From the NCBI GenBank assembly GCA_026002795.1, contig BPGA01000001.1, positions 331,759 through 355,758 on the forward strand: a DNA stretch of 24,000 nt. The letters are read 5' to 3'. How positions within the stretch are numbered: position 1 is the stretch's first letter; each line of letters starts with the position of its first letter. This document shows positions 7,405 through 15,901 of this stretch, piece after piece. The position numbers were made by a program, and so were the translations under genes. This DNA comes from Candidatus Pacearchaeota archaeon. GTDB taxonomy: Archaea > Nanobdellota > Nanobdellia > Pacearchaeales > GW2011-AR1. The notes under the pieces are model-generated. The model was not told where the DNA came from. It saw only the letters and a program-made list of their open reading frames with translations, and did no database searches.

Positions 7405-8112
7405 TTACTTCTTCAAAATGTTAAATTCTAGATCAAACTCTTTTGCTTTTTTCTCAATTTCATTCAAAACTTTGTCTATTCTTTGATTAGCTTCTTTTAA
7501 TTCAACTTGTTCAAGCTTTATTAAATATCTTCCTCCTGCAATATACTTTATCTGAAAGTCTTTAAAATTTAAAAGAATATTTTTTATTATTTCTAAACCA
7601 TCTCCTCTTTTTGATCTTAATAAAAATTCTTTTGAAACGACAAAGACTCTTTTTTTATTTTGTTTTTTTATAATCGAAAGTATTTTTTCTGAATTTTCTT
7701 TTCCAACAATTTTTTCAAGCTCTTCTGGATTTTCTAAACTTTTCTTAATAAAATCAGATAACTTTCCTGTTGATTTTATTTTTTCAATAATTTCAGCAGC
7801 TTTTTCTTTGAGAATTCCTTTAAAAGCACCCTCATAACCTTTTTCTTCCTTATAATTCTGTAAAACTTTTTTTCTTTCTTCTTGCGTGACTCTTCTTAAT
7901 GAAAGATCAATTCTATCACCCATAATTCTTAAGACCTTACAAACAATCTTTTTTTTAGGAACAACATAATCTCTAATGTTTCTTATCCTTCCAGGAGCTA
8001 TTTCACTAAATATTATTGATCCTTCCCCATTTCCTTCAATATTTACAAATACTGTTGTTCCTACAATTCTATCAACAGTGCACAAAACAACATCTCCTTC
8101 TTCTAATTCCAT
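7405..8112 (-). CDS. eif2a: Translation initiation factor aIF2 alpha subunit
   Basis: An N-terminal S1/OB domain (EEGDVVLCTVDRIVGTTVFVNI...) is followed by IRNIRDYVVPKKKIVCKVLRIMGDRIDLSLRRVTQEERKK. This matches the conserved aIF2-alpha block (NIRDHVK.GQKVVCKVLRVD...IDLSLRRV). Confidence 0.8.
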   Translation of the reverse strand: MELEEGDVVLCTVDRIVGTTVFVNIEGNGEGSIIFSEIAPGRIRNIRDYVVPKKKIVCKVLRIMGDRIDLSLRRVTQEERKKVLQNYKEEKGYEGAFKGILKEKAAEIIEKIKSTGKLSDFIKKSLENPEELEKIVGKENSEKILSIIKKQNKKRVFVVSKEFLLRSKRGDGLEIIKNILLNFKDFQIKYIAGGRYLIKLEQVELKEANQRIDKVLNEIEKKAKEFDLEFNILKK

Positions 8113-8411
8113 AAACTAATAGAAAAACCCTAATTTAAAAATCTGTTGGATCTTTTAGAAATTAATTTAGTTTAAGGTTGACTAACATATCTTTTTTAAG
8201 CCAACTACTCTAACAAAATTAACAATAGGCGATTAATTGTTTTTTGAGGCACTTTATTTTTTTAGATCCACATTTTGTAAGGAGTTAAAAAATAGCATTT
8301 AAGTCTTAAATTGGATTTCTGATACAAAATATAAAATAAGAAACAACAGAGATCTATCAAGATTATACTGAACTTAGTTTTAATAACAAAATAAATCTCA
8401 AACTAATAAAA

Positions 8412-9737
8412 CTATAATCTTACTATTTCTAATTCACAGTATTTAATCAGCTTATTTAAAAAATCAGATTCTTTATCTTTAGAAATTATACATCCAGCAG
8501 CATTTTCATGGCCCCCAACCTCTCCACCAATCTCTTTTACAACACTTTCTAATAATTCTCTTACGTTTCTTCCGTTTTTTCCTACAACTCTTCCAGAAAC
8601 TTTAATTTTTTCTTCTGAATGAGCTAAGGTTATGATTAGTGTTCCCTCTTCATACTCACCCGAATTAGATAATATTGTTGCTACAGTTCCTATTATAGTG
8701 TCAGGGATTTTGTTTTTTGCATTTATTATTAAGTATTTATCACCCAAAATTTTTTCTGATTTTTCTAAAAACTCAAGCGCAGAAATTAAACTTTTTTTAT
8801 ATTTTGCATAAATTTCTTCTGCCTCTTTTTTTGCTTCTTGAATTTCCATGCAAAATTTTATTGCAGTAGAAACATATCCAAGTCTAGAACAAGCGTTTAT
8901 TATAGCACTTATTTCTCTTGCATCTTCTAACTTATTAAAAAATTTAACTAAAAAAATATCGCCTACAAGTTCCTTATTTATTTTTGGGTTTCTTAAGATT
9001 ATTGCTGAAACGAGTTTTTTCATTTCGTTTTCATCTAACTCTACTATACTTTTATACTTGCCATTTACTGGCTCTAGGCCAGCCTCTCTTAAAAGCTCTT
9101 TAACTCCTTCTGGATTTCCAGTTACTTTAGGTATGTATGGATTAGAACAAAATTCAAGAACTTTATTTATCGGCCTTGTTGCAGGATACATCATAATTCC
9201 TTTTATTTTTTTGACAGAGGCCGAGTCACTTAAAATATAATCAACTTCTTTATCTAATAAATCTCCAATCATTCCAATTATAGCCAACTTTTCACTACTA
9301 TCTATTTCAGGCAATATTTCTTTAAAAAAAAGGTATGTTAGTCCAGAAGAACTAATTTTTTCTTTTTTATGAAGCCATGGGTTTATAATTTTGACATTAG
9401 AAGGAATCTCTTGAGAGATTTCATGATGGTCTATTATATAAACATCTTTAAAATTTCTTTCTTTAATGTAATTTAAACTTCCAGATGCTAAATCTAAAAA
9501 AAGAATTACTTTGTCTTTAGGAATAAGATCAAAAAAATCTTCTTTTAGATATTTAACTATCTTTAAGTTAAATTTTATATCTAATGCTTTTAATGCTTTT
9601 GAAGCTATTGTAGCAGAAGTAATTCCGTCAGCATCAAAATGACTTACTAAAAAAACCTCTTTTCCTTTGGAATTTTCTAAAAAATCTTTTGATATCCTCT
9701 TTAAATCCTCTTTTAAGCTTAAACTTAATTCTTTCAT
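8412..9737 (-). CDS. recJ: DHH/DHHA1 phosphoesterase, archaeal RecJ/GAN (Cdc45-like) nuclease
   Basis: DHH motifs HFDADGITSA and YIIDHHE are present, with the DHHA1 motif GGHENAAG near the C-terminus. It sits immediately downstream of rps15, an arrangement I recall as common for archaeal RecJ/GAN homologues. Confidence 0.75.
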   Translation of the reverse strand: MKELSLSLKEDLKRISKDFLENSKGKEVFLVSHFDADGITSATIASKALKALDIKFNLKIVKYLKEDFFDLIPKDKVILFLDLASGSLNYIKERNFKDVYIIDHHEISQEIPSNVKIINPWLHKKEKISSSGLTYLFFKEILPEIDSSEKLAIIGMIGDLLDKEVDYILSDSASVKKIKGIMMYPATRPINKVLEFCSNPYIPKVTGNPEGVKELLREAGLEPVNGKYKSIVELDENEMKKLVSAIILRNPKINKELVGDIFLVKFFNKLEDAREISAIINACSRLGYVSTAIKFCMEIQEAKKEAEEIYAKYKKSLISALEFLEKSEKILGDKYLIINAKNKIPDTIIGTVATILSNSGEYEEGTLIITLAHSEEKIKVSGRVVGKNGRNVRELLESVVKEIGGEVGGHENAAGCIISKDKESDFLNKLIKYCELEIVRL

Positions 9738-9740
9738 AAT

Positions 9741-10094
9741 TTAAATTAACCCATGATATTTTTTTAATTTTCTTATTTGAGATAAAATTCTTTCTCTTTC
9801 TCTCATTGCCCTTTTATCTTGTTTGTTTTTTTCCCAGTGTTTGCTTATTCTTTCAAGCTTTTCCTCTAAATTTTTGATTTCTGGAATTATATACATATTT
9901 TTTTCTTTAAGAATTTTAGATATTTTTTTATTGTATTCTTTTGGATGTATTCCTTCTTTTCTTAAATTTTCTCCTATTTTTTCAGCAGTTAAACCAGTTT
10001 TTGCAAGTTCAATAACTTTTTTTTCAAATTCTTCTTGAGAAATTTTTTTCTTTGATTCTTCTTTTGTTTTTTCTTGTTTTTGTTTTTTTGGCAT
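9741..10094 (-). CDS. rps15: Ribosomal protein uS15 (S15P/S13e)
   Basis: LAKTGLTAEKIGENLRKEGI and IPEIKNLEEKLERISKHWEKNKQDKRAMRERERILSQIRKLKKY match the archaeal S15 blocks (LAKEG.spSqIG..LRD..GIP; IPEDL..L..K...LRKHLE.N.KD..skR.L...ESKIRRL.KYY). Confidence 0.8.
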   Translation of the reverse strand: MPKKQKQEKTKEESKKKISQEEFEKKVIELAKTGLTAEKIGENLRKEGIHPKEYNKKISKILKEKNMYIIPEIKNLEEKLERISKHWEKNKQDKRAMRERERILSQIRKLKKYHGLI

Positions 10095-10186
10095 GTATTC
10101 TAATTGAAAATTTAATTTTTAAATGTTACCCAACTTTCAAAAAAATTTAAGGAAAGTATTTTAAATATAGAGTTATTTTTAAATAA

Positions 10187-10978
10187 ATGAAGAAAATCAT
10201 AGGTATAATAAGCCTAAAAGGAGGTGTTGGGAAGACAACAAGCGTTATTTCTTTAGGATCAGCACTTTCAGAATTTGACAAAAAAGTTTTGTTGATCGAC
10301 GGAAATCTTTCCTCTCCAACACTTGGACTGCATCTTAACCTAATTAATCCAGATATAACACTTCACCATGTTTTAGAAGATAAAGTGCATATAAAAGACG
10401 CTATTTATCAATACGACAAACTTCATTTAATTCCATCATCTATCTTTCATAAGTCAAATGTAAATCCATTAAAGTTAAAAAATAAGATATATCCTTTAAA
10501 AAAAAATTATGATGTAATAATTATTGATTCTTCTCCTTCATTGAATGAAGAAACTTTATCTGTTATGTTAGCTTCAGATAGCCTTGTCGTTGTTACAACA
10601 CCAGACCATGCAACTTTAGCACCAACATTAAAGGCAATTAAGCTAGCAAAACAAAGAGGTACAAAAATTTCAGGAATAATAATAAATAAAGTCCATGATA
10701 AGAAATTTGAAATACCACCCCAAAAAATTGAAGAAACACTTGGCGTTCCTGTTCTTGCAGTAATTCCTTATGATAAACACTTTTTAAAAGCTTTATCAAA
10801 AAGAATCCCTTATACCTACCATAAACCAAACTCAAGAGCATCTAAAGAGTATAAAAAATTAGCAGCCACGCTTATTGGAGGTAAGTATATGACGTTTGAT
10901 TTAAGAGATTTTTTAAGACTTACACCAAGAATTGAAGAGATAAATAGAGAGCTTTACTATAAAGGATTTTTTGACTGA
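10187..10978 (+). CDS. MinD/ParA-family P-loop ATPase
   Basis: It has the deviant Walker A IISLKGGVGKTT, Walker B-like VIIIDSSP, and a size typical of archaeal MinD-like proteins. Confidence 0.8.
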   Translation: MKKIIGIISLKGGVGKTTSVISLGSALSEFDKKVLLIDGNLSSPTLGLHLNLINPDITLHHVLEDKVHIKDAIYQYDKLHLIPSSIFHKSNVNPLKLKNKIYPLKKNYDVIIIDSSPSLNEETLSVMLASDSLVVVTTPDHATLAPTLKAIKLAKQRGTKISGIIINKVHDKKFEIPPQKIEETLGVPVLAVIPYDKHFLKALSKRIPYTYHKPNSRASKEYKKLAATLIGGKYMTFDLRDFLRLTPRIEEINRELYYKGFFD

Positions 10979-11004
10979 AAATTTTTGAATTTCTTGATAA
11001 ATTG

Positions 11005-11571
11005 TTATTTAACTTCAAAACAATGTATCACACTTCCAAATTTTTCTCTTAGAATTTCATATATTGAAATGTAAGGAATATGAATTGATGTTTTAAAAGC
11101 TTCTTTTGTTTCTCCTCCGACAGATATATTCACTGTTTTATTTCTTAAATCTTTATAATCTAAAAAAATTATATCACTTATTTCTTTTTCTAGTATACTA
11201 GATTCTAATGGAAAAGGAGTGCAAGTTCCCCAACACATTCCTCTAGGAACTTTTTTTGGATTTATCCAGTATCTTTCTGCCTTTCCTTTTGAGATTCCTA
11301 AAATAGAAGGAAAAATATCTTTAGGAGATACAAGCTTTTTAAATTCAGGTGTAATAACCCCAACATACGGATCATCATTTTTACAAAAGTACAATGCTTT
11401 TACAATCTGTGTTATATCCCATTCTAAAAATTCTGGATTTTCTTCTTTTAAAAGAGAAAGTTTTTCTTCACAGGAAATTGTTGGTTTTGTATGGTAAATT
11501 ATTCTTAAATCTATACTTTTTTTCTTCGCTATTTCAAAAACATAATCTTGCTCAGGATGTAAACTGTACAT
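11005..11571 (-). CDS. YbaK/ProX-like aminoacyl-tRNA editing (deacylase) domain protein, tentative
   Basis: IVKALYFCKNDDPYVGVITPEF, VPRGMCWGTCTPFPL and NISVGGETKEAF align by eye with E. coli YbaK (VYKTLLVAV..., TGYLVGGISPLG, IYVSGGKRGLD). The match is weak and made by hand only. Confidence 0.45.
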   Translation of the reverse strand: MYSLHPEQDYVFEIAKKKSIDLRIIYHTKPTISCEEKLSLLKEENPEFLEWDITQIVKALYFCKNDDPYVGVITPEFKKLVSPKDIFPSILGISKGKAERYWINPKKVPRGMCWGTCTPFPLESSILEKEISDIIFLDYKDLRNKTVNISVGGETKEAFKTSIHIPYISIYEILREKFGSVIHCFEVK

Positions 11572-11604
11572 TTTTCTCTATATGTTAATTTTGTCTGAAG
11601 AGCA

Positions 11605-11677
11605 TAGCCCTGCCAGGATTCGAACCTGGGTCACAAGGACCAAAACCTTGTATTCTTGACCGCTGAACTACAGGGCT
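11605..11677 (-). tRNA. tRNA-Gln (anticodon UUG)
   Basis: The reverse complement folds as AGCCCTG-TA-GTTC-AGCGGTCAA-GAAT-A-CAAGG-TTTTGGT-CCTTG-TGAC-CCAGG-TTCGAAT-CCTGG-CAGGGCT-A. A TATA-like TTATAAAT lies at 11703..11710, about 30 nt upstream. Confidence 0.9.
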
Positions 11678-11737
11678 AACCTTAAAAAATAGAAAAAGAA
11701 TAATTTATAAGCATTTCTAAAAATTCTTCAAATTGTC

Positions 11738-12370
11738 TTAGTATTGTTGTTTATACCTACCTCTTTTTTCTACTTTTTTAAGTTGTTCGATAACTTTTTC
11801 ATAATTTACTGATTTAGAATACCCCTTTAAAAATTCTTCAAATAGGGCTTTCCATTGTCTAAAATGTTTTGCCTCTAGAGCTTCTTTTAAAAGATGTAAA
11901 TCAACTGCTTTATCTTCTATTCTAGAACTTATAAAACCTAGACCAAAATCAATAAAAAAAACATTTTCATTAAAAAGAATCATGTTACTAGTTGTTAAGT
12001 CTCCATGAACAATGTTATGATCGTGAAGTTTTGCAACGCTTTCTCCAATCTTTCTAAAAATCTTTTTTTGTTTTTCAAGTTTAAAAGAATCAAGAACTTC
12101 TGAAAGTTTTTTTCCTTTGATAAAGTCCATATGTATTTCTTTTTTTTCAAAATCAACTTTCTTTATTTTAGGAACTTGAACAACTAAAGAAGCTTTCTGA
12201 AAAAGTTTTGATTCTGATTTTGTTCTAGATTTTCTTATTTTTTCATCTATTTCTTTAATTCTATAGCTTTTTTTTACTCTTTTTTTTATTATAGTTTTAT
12301 TTTTTAAAATTATTAAAGCCTCTGCTCCTTGATAAAGAATTTTTTGTTTTGTCTCTTTCATTTTTTCCAA
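11738..12370 (-). CDS. bud32: KEOPS complex kinase/ATPase Bud32 (Kae1-associated kinase)
   Basis: LYQGAEALII...KKRVKKSYRIKEIDEKIRKSRTKSESKL, the catalytic HGDLTTSNMIL and FIDFGLG are the Bud32/RIO-type signature. Confidence 0.85.
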   Translation of the reverse strand: MEKMKETKQKILYQGAEALIILKNKTIIKKRVKKSYRIKEIDEKIRKSRTKSESKLFQKASLVVQVPKIKKVDFEKKEIHMDFIKGKKLSEVLDSFKLEKQKKIFRKIGESVAKLHDHNIVHGDLTTSNMILFNENVFFIDFGLGFISSRIEDKAVDLHLLKEALEAKHFRQWKALFEEFLKGYSKSVNYEKVIEQLKKVEKRGRYKQQY

Positions 12371-12762
12371 TTAAAAATAACAATCAAAAAAGCAATAACC
12401 ATACTAAAATCAACAATTAAACAGTATATACAATAAGCTTTTAGTATAAATTTTTGTATGTATAAGAAATATAAAGAGATTAAAAATCCAGTAACAACAG
12501 CAACATTAATAAAAACTCGTTTTTCTTTTGTGTGTTTTTTAATCTGTAAAAAAGTCATTAAAATCAAAAAAGAAAAAATAAAAATGCCATAATAGCTATT
12601 TTGAATACCTAAAGTATAATTATATGAAGAATTGTGAACTATATCACACCCAACACCAGGCCTGCATATCTCTGAATTTGGAACTATTGAAAGGATTAGA
12701 GAACTTATCAAAGAAATAACAAATAAAAATAATAAAATAATGTATTTAGATTTGCCTTTCAT
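12358..12762 (-). CDS. Vitamin K epoxide reductase (VKOR) family membrane protein
   Basis: It has four predicted TM helices. The loop cysteine pair plus downstream pattern CRPGVGCDIVHNSSYNYTLGIQNSYYG matches C..x..C..V..S.Y....G, and there is an in-membrane CxxC (AYCIYCLIVD). It overlaps the bud32 start by 13 nt. Confidence 0.65.
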   Translation of the reverse strand: MKGKSKYIILLFLFVISLISSLILSIVPNSEICRPGVGCDIVHNSSYNYTLGIQNSYYGIFIFSFLILMTFLQIKKHTKEKRVFINVAVVTGFLISLYFLYIQKFILKAYCIYCLIVDFSMVIAFLIVIFNWKK

Positions 12763-12770
12763 AAATTAAT

Positions 12771-14141
12771 CTAAAATCCTAGATTTTTAAATTTTCCAAA
12801 TTTCTTTGCAAGCTTTAATAGTTGTTTTTGGCTTAATCCTTTAGAAAAATCACCATCCATTTTTTTTCCTGTTTTTAAAAATTCTTTTAAAAGATTATAC
12901 TGCTTCAACATCAATCTCACATCACTTGTATTGACTCCTGAACCCTTAGCAATTCTTGAAATTCTAGAAGTTTGTTTTTCTAGAAGTTCTGGGTTTTTTC
13001 TCTCTTCAGGAGTCATTGATTTTATTATATGCTCCCATTTTTCAATTCTTTTCTCTTGATTTTCTAACAAACCCTCAGGAATTTTTGCAGATGAAAATCC
13101 AGGAATAAAAGATTTTATTTTTTCCAAACCACCTAAATCTCCAACTTTCTTTGCTTGATCAACAAATTCTTCAATTGTAAACAGATCACTTTCTAATTTT
13201 TTCAAATCTTGTTTTTTATCTCCCACAGCTGTTTTTACTTTTTCAATAAGAGTTTCTAGATCACCCATTCCTAAAAGCCTTGAAACAAATGATTTTGGAT
13301 TAAACTCTTCTATATCATTAATTTTTTCACCATTTGTGATAAAGAATACAGGCGCTTTAGTTTCTGCGCAAGCTGTTAGAGCTCCGCCACCTTTTGCACT
13401 AGAATCCATTCTAGTTATTATAATTCCTGAAATAGGGATAACAGAACTAAAATCTTTTGCTTGTTTTTTTGCTGCCTGACCAATATCTGCAGGCATTACA
13501 AGAATTGTTTTTGTTGGTTTTATTTCCTTATTTAAAGCCTTTAGCTCAGAAATTAAATCCTTATCTAAAGAGTGTCTTCCTGCACTGTCAATTAAAACCA
13601 AGTCATACCTTTTTATATTTTTTTGAAGATCTGGGTTTTTCCAGACTTTTAATGGATCTTTTTCATTTTCATCAATAAAATAAGCTATTTTATTTTTTTC
13701 AGAAAGTTGTTTTAATTGTTCTGATGCTGCTGGTCTATGAGTGTCTAAACCTATAAGAATAACTTTTCTTCCTCTTTTTTGATAGTAATTACCAAGCTTT
13801 GCAATAGTTGTTGTTTTTCCAGAGCCATATAAACCAACAAGCATAATTACCTCTTCTTTCCCTAGAACGAGCTCTTCTTTTTTCCCTAGTATATTCATTA
13901 ATTCATCGTAAAGAACTTTAATTAAGTGTTCTTTCTTTTCCAAACCCTTTATTCTTTCATCATAAGCTGCTTTTCTTATTTTTTCAGAAAATTCTTTTAC
14001 GAGACTAACATTTACATCAGCTTCTATTAAAGCTCTTTGCAAATCTTTTATAATGCTTTCAACTAAATTTTTATCTAAAAAAAGAGCATTAGCAATCCTA
14101 TTTGTTGCTTTCTTTAAGATTTCTGAGAGTTTTTCAAACAT
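12771..14141 (-). CDS. srp54: Signal recognition particle protein SRP54
   Basis: The N domain and G domain (LVGLYGSGKTTTIAKL, LIDSAGR, IIITRMDSSAKGG) are followed by a Met/Lys-rich M domain with C-terminal GKFKNLGF. Confidence 0.95.
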   Translation of the reverse strand: MFEKLSEILKKATNRIANALFLDKNLVESIIKDLQRALIEADVNVSLVKEFSEKIRKAAYDERIKGLEKKEHLIKVLYDELMNILGKKEELVLGKEEVIMLVGLYGSGKTTTIAKLGNYYQKRGRKVILIGLDTHRPAASEQLKQLSEKNKIAYFIDENEKDPLKVWKNPDLQKNIKRYDLVLIDSAGRHSLDKDLISELKALNKEIKPTKTILVMPADIGQAAKKQAKDFSSVIPISGIIITRMDSSAKGGGALTACAETKAPVFFITNGEKINDIEEFNPKSFVSRLLGMGDLETLIEKVKTAVGDKKQDLKKLESDLFTIEEFVDQAKKVGDLGGLEKIKSFIPGFSSAKIPEGLLENQEKRIEKWEHIIKSMTPEERKNPELLEKQTSRISRIAKGSGVNTSDVRLMLKQYNLLKEFLKTGKKMDGDFSKGLSQKQLLKLAKKFGKFKNLGF

Positions 14142-14188
14142 AAAAAAATTAAGAATTTTACAATTAATAAGCTTGTGGTTTCTTTATA

Positions 14189-14196
14189 TTTATAAA
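14189..14196 (+). promoter_or_regulatory. TATA box (TTTATAAA) for the leaderless MFS gene
   Basis: The octamer centre is about 25.5 nt upstream of the ATG at 14218. Confidence 0.4.
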
Positions 14197-14217
14197 TAAA
14201 AAATTTTTTAATTAACA

Positions 14218-15363
14218 ATGAATAAAAGTGTTGAAAAAAGAGCAAGTAGAAATACATGGCTTTTAGGCTCTTCTAGTTTTTTGAATGATGTTGGAGGAGA
14301 TATGATTGCTCCTATTTTACCTTTTTATATTATTTCATTAGGCGGTGGAGGAGTTTCTATAGGATTAATTTCTGGATTAAGAGAAGGCCTTTCAAATCTC
14401 TTTAAGGTTTTTGGAGGATGGATTTCTGATTTTACAGGAAAAAGAAAAATTTTTGTTTTTATAGGTTATTTTTTCTCTTTTATATTTAAATTTTTAATAG
14501 GTTTAGCTAACTCTTGGCAGCAATTAATTTTTTTTGTTTCATTTGAAAGATTTGGAAAATTTAGAGATCCACCAAGAGATGTTATAATTTCAGAATCAAA
14601 AGAGAGAAGGGGTAGAAATTTCGGAATAATTCAGATGTTAGATACTTTAGGATCAATATTCGGCACTATTCTTGTTTTACTTCTTTTTGTGAAATTAGGT
14701 CTAAATTTTAAAAATTTAATTTTCATTGCTGCAACACTATCTTTCTTTTCTTTAATTCCAATATTTTTTGTTAAAGAACCTAAATCTAAAAAATCTAAAA
14801 AAAGTCTTTTTTACGGATTAAAACACATGCCTAAAAAATTAAAATTTTTGATAATGATAATTTCTATTTTTTCTATTGCAAATTTTGGGCTTTATATGTT
14901 CCTTTTGATTATAGCACAGAAAATGACAGATAACTTTGTTTTTCCTTTTGTTTTTTATACTGTGTTCAATTTAATCTTTGCACTCTTTGTTGTTTATTTT
15001 GGTAGGTTATCTGATAGAATTGGAAGAAAAAAAGTTCTTCTTTTAGGTTATTTCTTTTTTATTTTAGTTTCTCTTGGCTTTATATTTATGAAAAGCATTT
15101 TACATCTTTTTTTACTTTTCTCAGCTTATGGTTTAGTTTACGCAATAACACATGCGAATCATAAAGCTTTTGTTTTAGATCTTTCTAAAGAAATGAAAGG
15201 AACATCTATTGGTTTCTTTTATACAATAACCGGCTTATCAAATGTTTTAGGAGGTTTAATAGCTGGTTTATTATGGGAAAAAAGTCAATCAATTATGTTT
15301 GCTTTTATCTTTTTTATATCTTTAATTTCTTTTTTGCTTTTAGTTTTTTTTAAGGAAAAATAA
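14218..15363 (+). CDS. Major facilitator superfamily (MFS) transporter
   Basis: It has about 11-12 hydrophobic helices. MFS loop 2-3-like motifs occur in both halves (GGWISDFTGKRKIF and GRLSDRIGRKKVLL). Confidence 0.75.
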   Translation: MNKSVEKRASRNTWLLGSSSFLNDVGGDMIAPILPFYIISLGGGGVSIGLISGLREGLSNLFKVFGGWISDFTGKRKIFVFIGYFFSFIFKFLIGLANSWQQLIFFVSFERFGKFRDPPRDVIISESKERRGRNFGIIQMLDTLGSIFGTILVLLLFVKLGLNFKNLIFIAATLSFFSLIPIFFVKEPKSKKSKKSLFYGLKHMPKKLKFLIMIISIFSIANFGLYMFLLIIAQKMTDNFVFPFVFYTVFNLIFALFVVYFGRLSDRIGRKKVLLLGYFFFILVSLGFIFMKSILHLFLLFSAYGLVYAITHANHKAFVLDLSKEMKGTSIGFFYTITGLSNVLGGLIAGLLWEKSQSIMFAFIFFISLISFLLLVFFKEK

Positions 15364-15364
15364 C

Positions 15365-15901
15365 TTAAGTATAAACAATTAAACTAAAAGCCAAAATTCC
15401 TAAAATTCTTGGTAAAATTCCAAATACAAAAAAATTTTTTAATGATAAATGTAAAGAGCCAAAAACAATAGGTAGGTAGGGTATTGGCGATATTGCAGCC
15501 AATAAAATAATCATCTTACCTTTTTTATTTATTGCTTTTCTTATTTTTTTAATTTTATTTTTAGAATAAATTTTAGAACTTAATTTAATTCCATATTCTT
15601 TACCAATAAAAAAACCAATTAAAGAACCTAAAGTAGAACCAGAAATCAAAAAAAGCGTTGAAATTAAAAAATTTATGCCAATTAACTTAGACGCAATAAT
15701 AGAAACGTGCGGAGATAAATAATTTGGTATTAATTCCACTAAAAGTCCATATAAAAAAATAAAAACAGCACCATGTTTTTCAAGATTTTTATTAAAGTAA
15801 GCCTTTATGTTTGATTTAAATAAAAAAGATAAGAGAAAAACAACTATAAATAAAGCTGTTGTTGCTATACTAATTATTTTTATAGACTTTTTAGTTTTCA
15901 T
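15365..15901 (-). CDS. DedA/VTT (SNARE-associated) family membrane protein
   Basis: The pattern ELIPNYLSP...GSTLGSLIGFFIGKEYG...KIRKAINKKGKMIILLAAISPIP...GSLHLSLKNFF resembles the DedA consensus (E..P.P......G...G....Y.iG...G....kyG....l.R..P..r...aG...m....F). Confidence 0.55.
   Translation of the reverse strand: MKTKKSIKIISIATTALFIVVFLLSFLFKSNIKAYFNKNLEKHGAVFIFLYGLLVELIPNYLSPHVSIIASKLIGINFLISTLFLISGSTLGSLIGFFIGKEYGIKLSSKIYSKNKIKKIRKAINKKGKMIILLAAISPIPYLPIVFGSLHLSLKNFFVFGILPRILGILAFSLIVYT

Noticed and set aside
8848-10038. ORFs 8848..9240 and 9823..10038, antisense to the recJ-like gene and rps15
   Set aside because: Both lie inside well-supported CDSs. Their translations are low-complexity F/S/I/L sequence.
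10638-10841. 67-aa ORF antisense to the MinD/ParA gene
   Set aside because: It lies inside a supported CDS and has no motif.
11219-11588. ORFs 11219..11497 and 11394..11588, antisense to the YbaK-like gene
   Set aside because: The minus-strand 188-aa ORF spans the whole region, shows domain-like conservation and has a balanced composition. The plus-strand ORFs overlap each other and look like antisense artefacts. This rejection is less certain than the others.
13457-13678. 73-aa ORF antisense to srp54
   Set aside because: It lies opposite the SRP54 G domain.
14782-14804. Tandem-looking AAATCTAAAA repeat
   Set aside because: It encodes the KSKKSKKS central cytoplasmic loop of the MFS transporter. 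This is short, low-complexity coding sequence rather than a structured repeat.
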